Shown here: piece after piece, positions 25,468-38,500 of the stretch
Numbering within the stretch: the stretch's first letter is position 1
How the letters are laid out: each line of letters opens with the position of its first letter
DNA from: the human T2T-CHM13v2.0 reference genome, Homo sapiens
Assembly (NCBI RefSeq): GCF_009914755.1
Contig: NC_060927.1
Direction: 5' to 3' (one strand)
Length of the DNA stretch: 64,000 nucleotides
Position numbers and translations under genes: made by a program
Notes under the pieces: generated by a model
The model's input: the letters and a program-made list of their open reading frames with translations, nothing else
What the model was told of the DNA's origin: nothing
Database searches by the model: none

Positions 25468-26679
25468 AATAGGCATTCTTATATGATTTATTTGCAGGTG
25501 GTTTGAGAAACCCTGACTTGGACATCCTTATCTGTATCATTCAAGTTCTTTGCAAGCAATAGGAATTGAAGCTAGCTAACATAAACAGAAAATAAATTAC
25601 TTATAAGATATTAGATAGTCCACAGAATTGAAGAATATCTTAGAAAACAACTTTAGAAAATGATTGCCATCAACCAGTGCAACACCTGGAATGTAGGCAT
25701 CCGGAATTATTCATCAGTCCCCTTGGGTTTAATTGATTTCAACTCTGCTTCTTCTCCTTGTATAACTCAGCTGAAAACTCTCAATGCTGCAAGAGGAAAT
25801 CTGATTGGCCTTGAGTGGGTCAAGCCCCTGCATCATAGAAAGGGTAGAGTCTTTTTATTGACAACCTTACCATGACTCGACGCTATGTGGGAAAAGTAAT
25901 TCCTTAAAAATGCTGTCACTAAAACAAGTGGAATGGGTAATGGATGGCCAAAACTCAGCGTATATCTAATCACTTCACTGCTCATGTAATTATCGAAATA
26001 ACTTCTTTCAGATTTTAGCCCTTATTTTAAAAACTCGATTTAGAAGTGAATATGACTTTATCTAACTAAGAGTCTATAGAGTTTAACAGTTCAGCCTAGG
26101 ATGGTTAGGTGTAATTTTACTACTACCATCGATAGAATATTAACAATATAGAATGCATATTATAATAAAATCATGAAGCTAAAGTCCCAATAGAATAGCA
26201 TATATTTTCTTTTCCCCAAGTGTAATTTGTAACATCCTTTGTCCTGATAAAACTCTTATTCTGCAGTATAGACAGTAAGGAAATATGTAGGTGGCCTGAA
26301 CTTCTAACCTTTCTTGTAAAAGAAATTTGACTTTTAGCAAATGGCTTATGCTAAATCCACAATTTCAGTACATTCAAAATACTGTATAATATTTTGGTTA
26401 TTGCCATTGGCCTGGTTAAAAGAGAAAACTTGTGCCACACAATATTGTGCCCAATATTGGTTTGGCTTCCATACACAATTATTATGCTTTTAAAAATAAA
26501 TTGATTCTTAAACTCTGTAACAAAATCAATATACTTCTAAGTCTAATATTTTTTAAATAACCAGTAACTGACATTTTAAGCAACTTGGATTTTAAGACTG
26601 CCAATGTTTCATCTAAGAAAAATTTAAGGAGAAAATTACTTTTCCATGGGCTACCTTCCCACATGCAGTAGTATAAACT

Positions 26680-26850
26680 ATGAGTTTTTGAGTGCTTACT
26701 CTTTGTTGGATACTATACCAAGTAGTTTAGTATATTTATGTAATCCTCACAACCCTTTAAAGTTATATTATCATTATTATATTCATTTTAGAGGTGTGAA
26801 AATTGGAACACAGAATAAGTAACTTGGCCCAGTGTTAAAGATTATTAGTT
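26680..26850 (-). mobile_element. MIR SINE, interrupted by the adjacent MLT1 LTR
   Basis: taatcctcacaaccct...attcattttagaggtgtgaaaattggaacacagaataagtaacttggccc; MIR-like sequence resumes after 27324. Confidence 0.65.
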
Positions 26851-26854
26851 ACAG

Positions 26855-27324
26855 TATCTTCTGCGTTGAATTATGTCCTCTCAAAATTCGTATGTTGAAG
26901 CCTTAACTCCTAGTGCCTCAGAATGTGACCTTCTTTGTAAATAGTGTTATTGCAGATGTACATGGTTAAGATGAGGTCTTACTGTTTTAGGGTGGACCCC
27001 TAATCTAGTATGACTGGTGTCTTTATAAAAGGGGAAATTTGTTCACAGACATGTACACAAGTGGAATGACCTGTGAAGATGAAGACAGGTATTGGTGTTA
27101 TGCATTTACAAGCTAAGGAATACACAAATTGCCAGAAAGCCACACAAAAAACTAGGAAGGAGGCATGGAATGGATTCTCCCTCATAGCCTTCAGAAGAAA
27201 CTAACTCTGTGAAACCTCAGCCTCAGACTTCTCACCTTTAGAACTGTAAGACAATAAATGTCTGTGTTCTGTGTCACCCAGTTTGTGGTACTTTGCCATA
27301 GCAGCTCTAGCAAACTAGTTTACA
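26855..27324 (+). mobile_element. MLT1 (MLT1C-like) MaLR solo LTR
   Basis: gttgaattatgtcctctcaaaattcgtatgttgaag...gactggtgtctttataaaagggg...agaactgtaagacaataaatg...gtggtactttg...gcagctctagcaaacta; about 470 nt. Confidence 0.85.
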
Positions 27325-27573
27325 GAGTAAGGATTTATAGCTAGGCATTGTGGCTCCAAAGCTTGCATTCTTAAGGAGTAAACTATGGTGTCTGTGTAAT
27401 GGTAAGAGATGGAGTGGATATATCATCTCTTAGAATATAAAAGAGATCTAGCTGAAGAAAGTTAAACCAGAGTAAGAGAGCTAATAACATTTTCCTGAAG
27501 CTTGAAGTGCCTCATTGTAAGAGTGTTGTGTGAGAAAGGAGCCTAAGGTACTGCTTTCCTTCAAAACTAACTG

Positions 27574-27755
27574 CATTTATCATTTTGTTGCATTAAGAAC
27601 ATTGCAATTCCACTGTTAGTTATTTTAAAATATGCAATAAGTTATTGTTAACTATAGTCATCCTATTGTGCTACAAATTAGTAGACCTTATTCATTCCAA
27701 TTCATAAATATATACAAGTATTATGTACCCCTAATAAAATTAAAAATTAAAAAAA
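27574..27755. mobile_element. Short L1MA insertion with 5' inversion
   Basis: 27574-27698 is antisense L1MA 3' UTR; 27703-27755 is the sense L1MA terminus (cataaatatatac...tatgtaccc...aaattaaaaattaaaaaaa). Confidence 0.7.
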
Positions 27756-28769
27756 TTTCCCAAAGCTAACTGACAACAACAAAAGAAACAGTAATAACTA
27801 TGACTAAATATGCTTGGAAAAATAATCTAAGATTTTAACTATCAATTATACATTTGTATAAATTAATCTGAGTTGATTTAAATGTCAAAAAAAGCATCTC
27901 CCTTGATAAATTTCTGGAGGAAGACTAAAAGAAAACCATAAGGAAGATCTTGGTAGCTCCTTTGTGGATGATGACCATTTACATATACCTCAGTTTACAG
28001 AGTATGTAACGTTTGCATAAACCCAGACTTTGAGTACCAGTGCATTACACAGGAAAAAATGAAAGAAAAATGTGATTCTCAATGCATAGTGACCATAATG
28101 GGGAATCTGCATGGTCTGCCCATGCCTTTTCTCATTAAAATAGGTAGCTGGAGAATTAAGGAAAAGTCATGTGTAACCTAGGTTTTCCTGTTAAAAAAGA
28201 AGAATGGAATAAAAGGCAAAAAGTGAAAGAAGAATTAGAAGTAAGTAGGAAGTATTTTGAAGGTGTATTGATACCACAGCTCTGAAATATTAGCAGTAAT
28301 GAAAAGCTCAAGACGTCGGAGTTGCTCTGAATTGCTAAGGGTGGATAGATAAAAGCCTGGAAGCCCTGTTGTTGTTTTTTTTCCTTCCAACTCTAAGAAG
28401 TGATTAAAAATGAGTTAAGGGGAGTTTTCTGGGATTCAATAGAGGAGATGGTGATTTTTAAAGCAGAGATAGCTTACTGTTAAAGTTTGGTCAGTAAGGT
28501 ACTTGATTTGTGTCTCCTTATATTTTTCTTTAATTTTTTACTCATTCAAAGCTGCATAATCAAATAGGTCTGGAACTGAATATCAGTTCCATCCCTTATT
28601 AACAATGAATTTATTGGAAAATGGCGTAATATCTAGGCTTTCCTTTAATTATCTATCGAATAGCAAAAAAGACACTATTTTTGTTTTGAAGATTTATAGA
28701 TGGGGTTTATGAGCAGGTGTCCGGCCATACAACAATTATAATAATAATGGTGTAATACCCAACCTTAAT

Positions 28770-29460
28770 CAAATTATTACCATGTTTTAAGCAATTTAGT
28801 CTTTATTTCATTCAGTCATCACATCTGAACTAAGAAATAGTTCATGTTAATTCAACAACACTTCAAAAACTGACATAATGAGTTTGAGTAATTTGCTCAA
28901 GGTCAAAAGATAGTAAGTTGTAGATTTGGAAATCAAACCTAGTTCCCTACCTTTGGAATTCACGAACACAATCAGCATTTATTAAATATATAACTATTGG
29001 CCCTGCATTGGAGATACAAATATGAGTAAATTTAGTCTTAGTCGTCTGTGAATTTACTGTTTAATACAAAGAGACAGTTGAATGTGTAGAGAAAAGTGTT
29101 ATAGATGTGGTGATGAAAGTATGTACAGATTATCAAAGGCTTCAAAGGAAGTGGTGGTCACATCTACTTTCAAGTTTCAAGAAAGACTTTGTATAGGACG
29201 TGAAGCTTGAGATACAGGTTGAAACATGAGTGGGTGCTCATCAGATAATTAGTAGTACAAATCATTCCAGGCAGAGGGAGTATCAAGTGCAAGGGGATGG
29301 AAAATTCATATGGGGCAGGGTGAGAGGTGACTGGCAAATAGTTGGGAATAGATAAAGACTGTGAGGGGTAATGAGGCAAATAATGAAGGAAAATACACAT
29401 GCATCGTTGAGGATAAGAAGAGCCTTGAATGCTATGCTAAGTGGTTTTTGCTTTATCAAG
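28770..29460 (-). mobile_element. MIR fragment followed by L2 fragment
   Basis: gagtaatttgctcaaggtca...tttggaaatcaaacctag (MIR), then catttattaaat...ggagatacaaatatgagtaa...attccaggcagagggagtatcaagtgcaagg (antisense L2 3' end). Confidence 0.65.
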
Positions 29461-30699
29461 AAGCCAAAAGTTCTTGACCCCGGCTGCATATCAAAATCAT
29501 TATAGGGATTTTTGAAAAAACACCCATATTTGAGTCCCACCCAGATTTATCTCTGTAAACAAGACTTGCAATGAATTTTGGATACCTTTCTTCTTACTCT
29601 TGTGAAGACTCTTAATTATTAAGTATGTAGTAGACCCACATAAGTATTGTTTATTTCCTTAACAAATGTGGTGGAATGAATCTCGTCATTTCTGAATGGA
29701 GATGCATAGTAAACTTTGGCAAGAAAAATTATGCAAAAATATTGCCAAGAATGTCACAGTATTAAGGGGAAATAAGCATCAATGATGATTATTTTTCACA
29801 TTACTTGTATAAAATTCATCTTAGGTTCTATTTGGTTTATGTAGGAAGAAACTCTGAAATATAATCTAGAGATAATACTTGGCTACTACATGAGGTATGC
29901 AGCACTTGACAAGTAGCTTTCATCTCTGTGAATTTTTTCATAAACAGTATTCTCTTTTCTCCTTCCTTCAAATCACAAAATCACTTTTCTTGGCATCATA
30001 CTAGTGCATGAATAACTATCTGGCAAAATTATTTAGTCCATTAATATTTAACCTGAAGTTTGCTAATTTATTGCTACCATGGGGAAACATATGAAGAAGC
30101 TTAAAAAATAATAACCTTTTTCCTAGGTTGGCACCAGACAGATTAACTAGGTTGGCTAACACTGGTCTTTTTGTGGCCTTGGGCAGATATTTTAATCTCT
30201 TTCAGTCACAGTTTCCTCCTTGGTAAAGTGCTGATAATCCTTGAAGGTTCTATTTTACAAGGTTGTTGTAGCAATGGAATACTGTTTGTCAAAACGTTTT
30301 GAAAATTGTGAAGTGTTCAACAATTGTATTCTTTCACATACTGTTTTACAGCAATGCTGACATCTGTAAACATTGCCAATCAAGTCATTTAATCATTCAT
30401 TCCACATTTACTGAACAAACATTAATTGAATTCCAAAAACTGTGATTCATGTTGGCATTAAACAGATGAGCCGTTCTACCTCCCTTTTGAGTCAAAAAGA
30501 AGAGAACAGTAAAAGGAAGGGCAGATAAGCCAGTTGTATCCAAGTGTCACCATTATTGTGCCTGTGCACACTTCAGTCCTGCAGCAGCATCTGACAGTGC
30601 ACCTTATTCTGTGCTGCCAACACACATAGTCTTGTCTTGGGTTATTAGATTGAAATAGGGCAAAAAGGGGAAAGTAAGTCTACCATTCTGCATAGATAA

Positions 30700-30820
30700 A
30701 CACACTTAATCCTCCTTTCACCCCCTATGAGGTAGATACCATTATTATTCCCCTTTTTATAAATCAGCAAAGTGAGACACCCAGAGATTAAGTAACTTAC
30801 CCGAAAACACTCAGATAGGA
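30700..30820 (-). mobile_element. MIR SINE fragment
   Basis: ccctatgaggtagataccattattattcccc...gtgagacacccagagattaagtaacttaccc. Confidence 0.75.
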
Positions 30821-31670
30821 TGAGAACTTAAAAAGAAAATGGCACTATGTGAGGGCATCTAGACTGAGTGATAAGATAGGGAGGCCAAGAGGAATTCCTT
30901 GATACAAAGGTCAGGAGGTGGAGGTGACTTTTCATATTGGCTATTGTAGAGCAAATAGAAGTGTGCCCTGCATTCTCAAGTTATATCCTAGAAACAGATG
31001 GACATAGCTTCTGTAACTGAAAAGCTTAGATGTCACGAGCACAGAGTACAGAAATACATAAACTAGTTATCATAATTCTGTGTGGTAATTGCTCTCTGGT
31101 AGTAATGTGCACAGGATTTCCTGGGAGATGAGGAAGTGTGGTGTGACTTACTCTGCATAGAGGGGTCAGCAAGGCTTCTCACAGGACATAATGTTTGTTC
31201 AGAGTATTGAACAACATTGTTTATGATGAGGGAGAATCAGCAGTAAAGGGCATTTTTAAAACATGGGAGAGATCATTCAAAGACAAGGAACGAATTTTGT
31301 ATGTCTATGAAAGTGCAACTAATTTGGTACAGGTGTCATTTAGAGGGCCAGGACAGATTGGAGACAGGGGAGCAATTGAAAAATGAGGCAGTCCTAAACT
31401 GTTTACCAGGTCAACATGTTTCAATAATATCTTACTTTTGGACCATTTTCAGTACGATGTCTTTAATACCTTTAAATAATAGCTCATTTAATCATTTTTG
31501 GTGTATTATGACAACTTTAGGCAGAGACATTTTGATTATATTATTAATACGTATAACAAAATCAAAATTAAAACAAAATATAAGGCAGTATTTCATCTTT
31601 TTATTTGAGAATTAATGCATACTTTAAAGAATAATCTTTCAAGTTTTTTTTAACTTAATGTATCTTGGAG

Positions 31671-32397
31671 TTTTTTATTTAAATTTCCAAATTTTACTTT
31701 AAGTTCAAGGGTAAATATGCAGGATGTGCAGGTTTGTTACACAGGTAAACATGTACCATGGTGTTTTGCTTCACAGATCATCCCATCACCCAGGTGTTAA
31801 GCCCAGCATCCATTAGCTATTCTTCCTAGTCCTTTACCTCCTTCCACCTATGGCCCTCCGACAGGCCCCAGTGTGTGTTGTTCTGCGCCCCCCTGCCCCC
31901 CACCCAATGTGTCCATATGTTTACATCATTCAGCTCCCACTTATAAGTGAGAGCATGCAGTGTTGGACTTTCTTTTCCTGTGTTTGTTTGCTGAGGATAA
32001 TGGTTTCCTCCTCCATCCATGTCCATGCAAAGTACATTATCTCCTTCCTTTTTATGGTTGCATAGTATTCCATGGTGTATATGTGCAACATTTTCTTTAT
32101 CCAGTCTATCATTGATGGACATTTAGGTTGATTCCCTGTCTTTGCCATTGTGAATAGTGCTTCAGTGAACGTACACAGGCATGTGTCTTTATAATAGAAT
32201 GATTTATATTCCTTTGGGCATTTACCCAGTAATGGGATTGCTGGGTTGAATAGTATTTCTGCCTCTAGGTGTTTGAGGAATCACCACATTGTCTTCCAGA
32301 ATGGTTGAACTAATTTACTTTCCCACCAACAGTGTAAAAGTGTTTCTTTTTCTCTATAACATCAGCAGCATCTGTGTTTTTTGACTTTTTAGTGGTA
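31671..32397 (-). mobile_element. L1PA (older, roughly PA13-16) 3' end including ORF2 C-terminal remnant
   Basis: tttaagttcaagggtaaatatgcaggatgtgcaggtttgttac...; minus-strand ORF 31930-32148 (QPKCPSMIDWIKKMLHIYTMEYYATIKRKE) is the L1 ORF2 C-terminus. Confidence 0.92.
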
Positions 32398-32965
32398 CCC
32401 AGAATAATTATAATTTTCTATAATTCAAATGTATATTTTAATATATCAATTAAAAGGTCTCTGCTTAATATGACATAAAAACTTCTTAGTATTTCAATAT
32501 TTGAAATTTAACAAATTTGCACTAAAATTCTTAGTGGTTCATTTATACAGTGATCATACCCTAGTTCTAAATAACAACATAAAGAAGAGGTCACACTGCA
32601 GTTTCAAGTACTTATATGTGAATGGTACATTTTGTGTTGAAAGCCCCTCCCCCAATAAATATAATGTTTACTATATTTTATATTTTTATTGTAGCTCTAC
32701 ATCAGTATTTTTCATGCTTTTCACTTTAACTAGTGGTCATTTCTTGGTAGATATTTAATACTATGTGACTTAGAATGAACAGTTTTACCTAGCAAGTGGT
32801 TCCCAGCTGAGAAAGAGGCTACACTGACATTAGTCTGTATCTTTATGGCTTCCATTTTAAAGCAAAACTATTTGAGTTTTTATGTAGTGATTTAAAAACT
32901 ATAAATTGGAAATCCAAAGGTAAAAGTTTTTTTATTTGTACATTTAAACTTAGTATCCCCTACAG

Positions 32966-33327
32966 CAGAGGTCCCCAGCCCTGGGCTGCAGACTGGTACT
33001 AGTTCATGGCTTTCTAGGAACCGGGCTGCATAGCAGGAGGTGAGCATTGGGCAAGCAAGCATTACCGCCTAGTGTCACCTCCCGTTAGATCAGTGGTGGC
33101 ACTAACCTCCCGTTAGATCATAGGAGCGTGAACCCTATTGTGAACTACACATGTGAGGGATCTAGGTTGTGTGCTCCGTATGAGAATCCAACTAATGCCT
33201 GATGATCTGAGGTGGAACAGTTTCATCCTGGAACCATTCCCCTGCTTCCAGCCCCACATCTGTCATCCATGGGAAAATTGTCTTCCATGAAACTGGTCCC
33301 TGGTGCCAAAAAGTTTGAGGACCACTG
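32966..33327 (+). mobile_element. MER1B (hAT-Charlie MITE), full length
   Basis: Termini CAGAGGTCCCC...GAGGACCACTG; 8-bp TSD CCCTACAG (32958-32965) / CCCTAAAG (33328-33335); internal sequence follows the MER1B consensus. Confidence 0.9.
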
Positions 33328-34772
33328 CCCTAAAGACCTAAGGGTTTTGGAAGACTTTAGTTGGGAACTATTATTGTAGTTGATTACAACCCATTAATAG
33401 GTATTAAGAAATGAGAAATAATATTAATATTAATAAGAATTAATATTTTAGAATGCTTACCCTGGAAATGTGGAATGCTATGGAGACTAGAGTCAGAGGT
33501 GTTAGTTAAAAAATAGTTATGATAGACTAGGAATGTGAAAAAAAGATTTCTGAGAAACCTTATAAGCTTTCTTAAAATTTGGTAGTTTGGTCCTTATTGT
33601 TGGGCAGGTTGTTGATGTTGTAGATACTTACTAGGCATTTGTTAGCACAGCAGTAAATCTATTATATTATTAGTATGTTTTAGGGGAAGGATGATTAAGT
33701 AATCCAGTTAAAAAAATAATAATTCTGGCCCCAGGATGAATGGTGGTTAGAGAGGGCAGGAATTGGTAATGGGAGACCATTTAGAACACTATTGTTATTG
33801 TTCAGGGAAGAAATTATTGCAATTTAGACTAGAGTAGTGCCAAAGAGTATTGAAAGAGTTGATGGATTTCAGAGGAACATGTGCTGGCTGATAAGTGCTC
33901 CAGTTCACAGGTAATGAGTGACACTTAGCTCACAACTCACTGGCTACAGCTAATAATATGTCTGGTCCCAATCATCAGGGCCCAAGAAGTGCAGTTGTAC
34001 CATGTACCTGAAAGTTGGAGATTTTGTGAACAATAATAGTGATTTTCTCAGTTTGCTCTTCTGGTAACCAGATACCCAACTAATTCTGCCTTTTGTTGGC
34101 AAAATATATACACCTCTTGGGGGTGGATTTGGGATATCTGTTATTTATCTGTAATCTTGATTTACTCAGAATTATTTATTTTTCTCTTGACTCTTGATTG
34201 CTATGAAGTCAAGAGAGATTTCACACAGGTGCCGTTGTTTTCATCGTTATTGGCTCAGCAAGTCTGTCAGTAGTCCAAACCACTCTCACAGGAAGTTTAA
34301 AATGCCTTCGTTATTCTGGACCTTGGGCCTGTAGTCGTGAGCAAGAGTGATAGCAGCAGTTTTAGAGATCTGAGCAAAAGATGAGGAGATGAATGACTTG
34401 CTGTCTGACCACTACCTATGTATAGGATGTCAGTGTGATTTCTCTGCCTAACTCAGAGCTGACATACTGGGTGAAGGTACAATTCTGGAGTGGGCAAGAA
34501 CACTGCCAATTCAAACCAAAGAAAGTACTGAGTCCTGATTACCGGCCGGTGTCTTGAGGTGGGACAGAAATCTGAATTTAGTAAAGTTGAGTCATTACAG
34601 TGACTGCTTAGAGAAAAAAGATGGAGATGTACTTCCTTTGGCCTTACTGTGGCAATGGAGTTGACAAAACTGAATTTAAAAAAATCTATTCATTTTTGTT
34701 TTAAAGTTTCAAGGGAACCTACCAGAGCTTTAAAAGTAAAAACAAAAATTATGGTAGTAATTAATATTGTTT

Positions 34773-35227
34773 TGTGAACCCCCAAAATCTGAGACAGGTC
34801 TCAGTTAATTTTGCCAAGGTTGAGGACATGTGCCCGTGATAGTCTCAGGAGGTCCCGATGATGTGTGCCCAAGGTGGTAGGCGAACGTTTGGTTTTATAC
34901 ATTCCAAGGAGATGTGAGACATCAATCAATATGTGTAAGATGTACATTGGCTCAGTCCAGAAAGGTGGAACAACTCGAGGTGAAGGCTGGTCAACTTGAA
35001 GTGGAGAGGGGACTTCCAGGTAATAGGTAGAAAGAGACAAATGGTTGTACTCTTTTAAGTTTCTGATTAACCTTTCCAAATGAGGCAATCAGATATGCAT
35101 TTATCTCAGTGCATTAGAGGGGTGACTTTGAACAGAATGCGGGCGGGTTTGCCCTAAGCAGTTTCCCGCTTGACTTCTCCCTTTAACTTAGTGGTATTGG
35201 GGCCCCATGATTAATTTTCCTTTCACA
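34773..35227 (-). mobile_element. MER4A-like ERV1 solo LTR (455 nt)
   Basis: TGTGAA...TTCACA inverted termini; perfect 4-bp TSD GTTT (34769-34772 / 35228-35231); MER4-group motifs (aggtctcagttaatt, gccaaggttgaggac, gagacatcaatcaatatgtgtaagatgtacattgg). Confidence 0.88.
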
Positions 35228-35289
35228 GTTTGTATAAGCTTTCCATCTTTCGATTTCCAAACACGTGTTAGGATCAAATTTTCTAGCCG

Positions 35290-35580
35290 GCTTTGTGGTT
35301 GGGAAAGGCCATGTGACTAGTTTGTCCAATGAATGTAGATCAGAAGAAATGGGTGTGTTACATTAAGTGCCAGTGTGACCCTCTCTAAAGGCTCACTTTC
35401 CCACTCCCATGATGACCAGCAGCAGTCAGATTGGTGGCTCCTCATTCAGCTTTGGTTTCTGAGTCACTACCTGTCAGCCCATAACGGAGATATAGTTTGA
35501 GAGAGAAATCAAGATCTATTGTTTTAAGCATGTTGAACTTTTGTCATTTTTTTTCTATAACATACCTAGCCTATTTTTAT
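35290..35580 (+). mobile_element. Old MLT1-type LTR fragment
   Basis: ggccatgtgactagtttgtccaatgaatgtag...gagagaaatcaagatctattgttttaagc...cctagcctatt. Confidence 0.5.
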
Positions 35581-38500
35581 GTATTTAACAAAAGTATACA
35601 TAAAAATTTTTATCTTTCTAAAATGTTGAGTAAAAGTGATTTAAGCATCATAGTGTATTAATTTGCATTTCTTTTGAGGAAGGTTTAGTACCAGATTCTG
35701 GCAACACTGCCATGAAAACAGTAAAGCTGCTGCTCTTGCCACCACTGTTGAAATTAATTCTGTCTATTCTTCTTACCATCATCCACTCCAGATTAAAAGT
35801 CCCAGGATGGAACATTGTATTGAGTACTCTTATATCATGCACCTGTGTTGCAGCTGCCACGAAGCCAGGAGAGGAAATACCTACCCTTCTTCAGATTCCC
35901 TGGTGAGAGGCAGCCTCCCATCCATCTTGAGATTTCTTCCTAAAAGGAAGATCTGATTCAGGCAAGAGCAGTACTCTAGGTCTGAGTTCGCCGGTATGAA
36001 AATGTCATATCTGAAAATCTTAGTCAAATCATGACAGAACTAGAAATGCTTTCAATTTCATACAATAACATGGAAAATCTCATCCTAGTCCTCAGCATGA
36101 ATTAATAAGGTTTATACTTGCAAGAACCAAGATTGTTTCTACTAAAACAAGGATAACTGTTAACTGCCCTTTACCTGGTCTTTTAAATTCTCTAATTGGT
36201 GTGGGAGGGCAAGGGTTAGAGCTGTATTCTATGATGAGAGAAAAAAATACAAAGTGATGTTCCTCTCCAGATTATATCCGAGAGGTTAGGTTCCTGCAAA
36301 GTATCGCTTCCCTCCGTAACCTCTAATTATTTCTTTAGCACTACATTCAAACTCTAATCTTATAAACAGGCTCAGATTGAATTTAGATTAAAATAGAGGT
36401 ACACCCTAAATTTCAGCTTTATGCTGACATTCTCCCAGTAATTAATCTATTACATATAGTGATGGGTATTAATACCTTTAAGGGTTAATTACACTTTAAC
36501 TGGTTTTAATTTCTTCCCTTAAGAACTCTTTAATTTTATTCAAGATCTACCTTCCTACTCTATTCATTTTCCATATAAGCAGAGAAAATTCCCCCAGAAA
36601 AATAAAATCAGCAGCATCATTTTGTCCAGATCAGAATGTTACAGCTCTAAAATCTATTAACACCTTGGATAGAAGGTATTTTGGTTTGCATGTGATGGCT
36701 GTTTACTCTTGATGTATATTTTTAAATATCTATGCCAGCTTTTCTCCCAGCTGCAGTTTTCAACTCAGTGTCTTTAAAATTTGGTACAGTCAGAAAATTT
36801 AAAGTGGTACTCTATGATAACCATAATTTAAAAAAACAGATAATGTCTTTTCTTCATAGCAGAATTCATACTTAATTTCTAATGTGCATCTGTGTCTATG
36901 TGTAGGATTTCCTTTCTGCAAGTTGAAAACGTCATCTCTTGTTTTCAGCTTGTCCAAGTAAAGATATTTGTACATGGGGTTATTACTGCTCTTATATATT
37001 TGTTAATAAAAATACAGTGTGAAGAGGTTGACTTGGATAGAATATTCTTGATCAAGCTGTTACTGTTACTTTACCTATTAACCAAAGAGGTGTTTGCTTT
37101 GTTTTAATGTTGTAAGAGTAAGGACTCAGGGTTTGGTTTTTGGCTAGAAATGAAAATTAATGAAATTATTTTGGGACTTGATAGTTAAGGGAGTATGGAG
37201 TATCTGTATGATATATGTTGTTTTAAATACATGTTTACTTAAATAAGACTCTTAAAATATAGATTTGGAACATTTACAGAACCCTTTCTTTAAGGAAGTG
37301 ATATTTAGCTTAGGTTAGTTAGGAAGAGCATGTTTGTCAATTTTGTGAGGGAATTCAGTCAGCGAGGTGGCGGTGAACAGGTAGCAATAGGAGTAATGAA
37401 GTTGGATGTGAGCCTGCAGAATTCGTTTTCCTAGCAAGAGAAATTTGGCTCCAGATATACAGAATAAAAGGATCGTGTTGGAGCGAGGAGCAAGGAATGT
37501 TGTAAGTAAAATTATCACTTGAATTGGCAGCCAGCCAAAAATGAGCTAACTTGAGGGTATATGGATTATCACTGTGAGTATATCATGGAACAGCCTTTGT
37601 TTATATGACGCCTTAAAGAAAAGTATGCCTTAACAATGACAATAGTTAACAATAATAAGAAATATTCTTTTTTTAACTCTCCCCTTCTCTAACTTGTACT
37701 TTTTATTATTTGAAAAAAACCCAATATTACTCAGTAGATATACTTTATTTGAATATATTTACATTTATGTAAAATGTACAAAGCATATTGGTACCATGCA
37801 GTTATTTCCCACTAAATCTTTCTTTCTTTGAACCTAGGCCCATTTTGAGTCCCTTGTCTTAACACAGTTCCCATCTAGGCTGGAGGAGAGGAGTAGGTTT
37901 ACTTAGTAGAAAAGATTCTGGGGTGTATACTTTAAAACTGCCACAAGGAGTATCAGCTCACCTGTAGTTCTGGTGTTAGGTTAATCTTATATGTTCATTC
38001 TAATCTTTAAGTGTCTTTGTCTTTTTCCTAAGAACAAAATCTAGTGATTTCCTCAAACTATGTGTCTGTCTATAAACATGAACCTCAGTCACCTGCCCTG
38101 TTGAAGTTATTGTGTACCTCAAGTTTCAGTGATTGTGGTTTTCCCTGTGTACTATTAGTTAAACTTCCCCTGACTGACTCTGTGACAACATACAAAAATG
38201 TATGTCATGCATTCTTTCTTTGCCCTTCTAAGTTAGTCACATTTAAAATAAAAATAGCCTGTGGACATATGTTACTTTTTCTAATAATTATGCTCTTTCA
38301 CTGCTTCCACCTCTCAAAAATAAAGGTCTTGCTGTATCTCTTTTATCTTATAGAGATGTTAAATATGATAAGAGGGTTAATATGGAATATCTGAGTTATG
38401 ATGAGGTAGTATAGACGTGTAGCATGGTTTTGATCAGAAAACAGTGAAATTATGATGAAATATAATCGTGTCAGAACATCTCATGAGGACTAAAGATGAA

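Noticed and set aside
28571-28591. Perfect 9-bp inverted repeat TGGAACTGA-ata-TCAGTTCCA (similar short ones near 5470, 5578, 20195 and 40567)
   Set aside because: A few stems of this length are expected by chance in 64 kb of AT-rich DNA; no supporting context.
31826-32148. ORFs with protein-like sequence
   Set aside because: Decayed L1 ORF2 C-terminus and its alternative frames, not a host gene.
37360-37520. Possible mitochondrial insertion (NUMT) suggested by strand-skewed composition
   Set aside because: No mitochondrial gene or tRNA sequence recognised on either strand.
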